A DNA stretch of 64,000 nt from Eledone cirrhosa (lineage: Eukaryota), in NCBI GenBank assembly GCA_964016885.1, contig OZ024742.1, positions 23,064,001-23,128,000 of the forward strand, given 5' to 3'. The position numbers and the translations under genes are program-made. Position 1 is the first letter of the stretch, and each line of letters begins with the position of its first letter. Positions 58,838 to 64,000 of this stretch are shown piece by piece. The notes beneath the pieces are model-generated. The model was not told the DNA's origin. It did not search any database and saw only the letters and a program-made list of their open reading frames with translations.

Positions 58838-58999
58838 GGAATAGAATGAAGCGAAATTTCATTTCTCACTCTTAGTACGGCAGTTACTTAAATGTAAGTA
58901 TGTATGTATGTATACGTACATACATATATGTATATATATACATACTACTGGTACGTCTGTATACATATATGTATGTACGTATACATACATACTTACATT

Positions 59000-59108
<109 letters not shown>

Positions 59109-59159
59109 ACAGATATAGGTAATAGGTTTATATATGCATGCATTCATAATCTTTCGGAA

Positions 59160-60170
59160 ACGAACAAGCAGCTGGGAAGGATTTGGGAGATATGCTTAGC
59201 ATACTTCTAATGAAAAGCTGGATTACAAGAACATATCCGATTCAATATTACATACTGTAGGCATGATTAACATAGCAGCCAGGAGTATGTCACAATTTCA
59301 GGTAGTTGCATAATTATAGCAATAAGGATTGAATATATGATTTATGTCTTCAAATATACATTTATCTTCCAGTCATTAGCACTATGTATATGTATGTGTT
59401 ATGGGTTTCCGTTCTTTACGCACTCAGTCAGTCCTTTCACGATCATTTAGTGGAGGTAAACCCAGTGCAACATTGTGTTGCTTTGTCCAGCATCTGAAAG
59501 AATGCACTAATATGTTAATTCATTAAACGACTAGCCCTTTGCTGTCAAGGAAGCACCACATGGGAAGGCACACTCTATGACATAGAAGGTGCCTGGCAGA
59601 ACATGTTTCAACAATGTATCAAGTCCCCACAAATGATATTCAGCAATATTAATCCAATACCAGTGGTTATCATTCAATGTAGATTGGAGCACATCGAATG
59701 TCACTCACAAAACGAAATTCAGCCGGGCATGTTCCATTTTCCATAAGTTGCTCCACGTCATCTTACGTTGTCCCTTATCTCCCATGCTGCTCCAGTACAA
59801 TCATTTCCTAACACCGCCTACTTAGTCGCATGCTAAGTCTTTTCAATAGGTCGGATAAATTTGATTGCCTCTCGCCCTTTTTTGTTATTCTCATGAGATA
59901 ATCATTTGTTCTTGTGCATCGCAGTCGCAAACGTGTTTGCTGAACTATAGCTACACCACTTCAATTTCTAACGTGGTCTTTCTTTTCCTAACTACGTTTT
60001 CTATGTACATTCAAGCAACAATCTGGGTTTGGCTGTAAGATATCGGGAAATTCAGATTCCCGTACTTCTATATAATAGCGTATTTGTGCTGCTGCATGGA
60101 TGTTAAAATCAGTTGGAGTTTAGGTGTAGTTCTTTGCAGCTCAGACATTTATAAAGTCTCGTGCAAGACT
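59160..60170 (-). pseudogene. Possible highly decayed LINE remnant
   Basis: Weak GERQ and ICGDL motifs on the minus strand. Confidence 0.3.
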
Positions 60171-60516
60171 CATCTATTCGTGTAGAAAACTGCAAATATT
60201 CCATTCTTATCATTTACACACACGCACACACACACACTCTCTCTCTCTCTCTTACACTCACACACACTCACGTACACTTACACACGCACACCAGCACACA
60301 CACAAACTCACATATGTATATATAGTCTGAGGTGCTGAGACAGGAGTGACAACAAATCAGAGGAGTACGCTATAGTTTAGGAAAAGCAGAGCGGGTATAG
60401 AGGAAGGTAAAATATAACGATAACGATGCCTAGCGATTTCCGCTTGCAGAATACGAGCCGAAACTGCTAGGCATCGCCCTAGGATTTATATATTTATATA
60501 TACATACGTACATACG

Positions 60517-60547
<31 letters not shown>

Positions 60548-60548
<1 letters not shown>

Positions 60549-60680
60549 CTTCCTGATGATTTCTCACGAATGAAACAGTTCTAGTCTTGTAGAAGCTTTT
60601 CTATATTAAATATGTATACTCTGCTTTGTATTGAGTACATTACTTACTGTGGTTACCCCCGATTGAACCGGGGATAAACT
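60548..60680 (+). mobile_element. Family A element, hammerhead 60548-60596; a family G fragment follows (60698-60766, minus)
   Basis: GCTTC CTGATGA TTTC TCAC GAAT GAAA CAG TTCTAGTC TTG TA GAAGC. Confidence 0.82.
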
Positions 60681-60766
60681 TATATATATATATATATATT
60701 TATTAAAATAACAGATTAAAGTTTAAGCAAAGAATCGCTGCTTTCACCCTTAACGGGATCTTCTGA

Positions 60767-60948
<182 letters not shown>

Positions 60949-61060
60949 TTTATCGTAATACACACCATGATCGAACGTACATATATTTTTGCACACATTG
61001 CCAATGCAAACTCAATATAGATATATATTTCTGTGTTTGTATTTCTTAATATATACATAC

Positions 61061-61102
<42 letters not shown>

Positions 61103-61414
61103 GTATGTATGTTTGTGTGTGTGTTGTGTGTGCGGGTGTACAGATGTGGAAGAGATAGTGTGCTTATACTTAATTATCAAAATATCATTGTATAGATAAC
61201 GGTAGCGACATACCATTTTATATGTCCAGTCCTTTTATGTAGAGCGGGTTACCAATAACAAAGGTTTATGGCAAAGTCTTCAATAACTAGAGTCTTATCT
61301 TGATATAATGATAGCTGATGATATATTCTAACATAATCTTATAATCCGTTTATGCTTTCATATTTGACACGACAATAGAAAGGATTAAATTATCCAACCG
61401 ATAGAATAGTGCGA

Positions 61415-61950
61415 TAAGGCGGCAAATTGACAGAGTGGTTAGAAGGTCTGGTATAATACTTTTTACTTGTATTCCTTCCGGATCTCTGCTTTCTCAGTTC
61501 AAATCGTGCCGCGTGAAATTTGCCTTGCATTATTTCAGAGGGTCGGACGCCATGCTTTCCAGCATAGTTACGTCCCTTTACGATCTGAATTCAAATCCCG
61601 CCGAGGTTGACTTTGCCTTTCATCCTTACGGGGTCGATAAAATAAAGTACCAGTAATGCACTGGTTAATTGCTGGCCTTGTGCCTAAAGTAGAAACAATT
61701 ATTTCGAGGTTGATAAAAAAAGTACCTGCCATGTACTTGGGTCGCTACTTCCTCTATATCTCTTATCGCATCCTTGTTCACACTTTCTTTCCTTCTCTGG
61801 AAGAATTCTGCTGCAATCAGGTCTGGAGAAGGATGGGCTCTACCAGTCTTAAAATGGCCAAGACACGCCGTACGTCTATGTCAATACGGTGCAACTATGT
61901 CTACATCATGAGTTACAGGACCATACCATACCTGAATATTGTGGTAACTA
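61415..61950 (+). mobile_element. Long-tailed SINE with a nested young SINE (61537-61697)
   Basis: TSD ATTATTTC at 61529 and 61698. Confidence 0.8.
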
Positions 61951-62375
61951 TATAATGTTAAAATAATACGAAGATATCTACGATTAACTTATATATATAT
62001 ATATCCGCTCTAACTCTACCCATTTAATATCTGTAGGTGTATTCCTCGCTGCCGAGGATGGGTATACTGGTTGTTTGTGCAACGGAACAACATGTCCATG
62101 AACGACACAAGCATGTGGCTGGGAATTACATAGACACGTGTAAACTTCACGCATTCAATTCTCAAGCAGATTCACCGTAATGCAGAGTGTGGCGAGATTG
62201 GCCCTTTGAATTATAATTAAAACTAATGTTTGCCAGCTGCGTGAATGGGAGAAGATGAAATAAAGTGCCTTGTTAAAAAATATAGCACTGAGAATCGGAC
62301 GGACCTTAATATCGCGAGCCACAATGTCCCGCGGCTTCACTGCCTCTAAATGCTCATATATTACGGATATATTAT

Positions 62376-62411
<36 letters not shown>

Positions 62412-62443
62412 CACACACACACACACACATATATGTATATGTA

Positions 62444-62481
<38 letters not shown>

Positions 62482-62484
<3 letters not shown>

Positions 62485-62789
62485 AGAAAGTGAGGGGTTT
62501 TTACAAAATGAAAAATAACCGAGGTATCCTACACGAGTGAAAGTATAAAACAAAAGATGAAATCGAACATGCAACTGGAGTCTTTTTAAAAAAAAATATA
62601 TATATTTATTTGGATCCTTTACCGGTTTCGCAGTTCTTCTGCTTTTCAAAAGTAGAGTTAAGATGGAGGGTCTGTGGTTTTTCTCACATCAGAAGAACTG
62701 CGAAACCAGTAAAGGATCCAAATAAATATATATATTTTTTTAAAAATAAGACTCCAGTTGCATTTTCGATTTCATCTTTTTTTTTTTAT

Positions 62790-62790
<1 letters not shown>
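62482..62790 (-). mobile_element. Family D fold-back element, U3-A8 hammerhead 62616-62652
   Basis: Homolog of 45695-46016. Confidence 0.8.
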
Positions 62791-62823
<33 letters not shown>

Positions 62824-63028
62824 GAAGCAAAGAAAATTTCAAAGAAATGATAGATTTTCTGGTGGAAATTCAGGTGTACTCCGGGTTGGTATCCAGTTTC
62901 GAGGTGAAAATTCAATCAGAAAATCCAACGAATTATGTCAACATGTATGGACATATTATTTTTATCTAAAGACATTTTTTCCAATTCCATCGCGCCCGCC
63001 CCCTTAATCTATTTTATTTCTTATTCTT

Positions 63029-63064
63029 TCTTCTGTTGAAGGACTAGCATCGGAAACGTTAAGA
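63029..63064 (+). ncRNA. Degenerate minimal PLE-type hammerhead
   Basis: TCTT CTGTTGA A GGA CTAGCA TCG GAAA CG TT AAGA, within the (TA)n-bounded insert 62820-63157. Confidence 0.5.
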
Positions 63065-63300
63065 CCCTCTTCCTGCTATATCAAGGGTTAACCTAATATA
63101 TACCTTCAATATACTGTACCGATTGCGTTCTTATTTCTGTTTAACTTTTACATTAAATATATATATATATATATATAACATGTAGTTTCCCGAGTCGGGA
63201 ATTAGAAAAAGGTACTTAATTAATTGTTAGAGTATAGGCATTTTCATTATTTATATACCTGATGATATTATACGAAAGAAACAGATCTATTCCTGTAAAA

Positions 63301-63338
<38 letters not shown>

Positions 63339-63431
63339 ACGCACACACACACACACACACAACCACACACACATACGTACACACGCACACACACACACAC
63401 TCGCACGCACGCACGCACGCACGCACACACG

Positions 63432-63492
<61 letters not shown>

Positions 63493-63524
63493 ACACACAC
63501 ACACACATATATTAAATTAGCGAA

Positions 63525-63794
<270 letters not shown>

Positions 63795-64000
63795 AAGAGG
63801 GGGCGGGAGAGACTAAATCGGAAAATTCCCTATCAGTACCACTTAAATCTAATTTGATGAAATTATTTGCCCCATTCAGATGTTCTGAAGGACACCACTT
63901 ATTGGAAGTAAAGGTAATTCATTTGGCGTCAAAATACTTCGAGATTAGATAAAATGATGAAATGGTTTCTGGAGGTTTCGACATAACGTTTTGAATATAA

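Overview
AT-rich, microsatellite-dense animal DNA. The repeat content looks cephalopod/octopus-like (inference). No intact host protein-coding gene is supportable. Recognisable coding remnants are all transposon-derived: a CR1-type LINE RT (10.3-12.5 kb, minus), RTE, CRE-like and Tx1-like fragments, and a Penelope-like element (RT + GIY-YIG, 42.4-45.7 kb) with a ~1.2-kb inverted duplication. tRNA-derived SINEs are also present. The main signal is non-coding. About ten families of short elements sit in (TA)n tracts, many as fold-back palindromes, and most carry a hand-folded hammerhead ribozyme (HHR) motif, often with compensatory base changes. These include canonical cores, two families with a U3-A8 core swap, a CAGAAGA core, large stem II insertions and a retrozyme-like ~315-nt tandem. 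One family (46.08, 46.59, 52.05, 52.79 kb) has all three hammerhead core strands in a reversed order that matches none of types I/II/III, with covariation in four helices. All folds were derived by eye; no activity has been shown.
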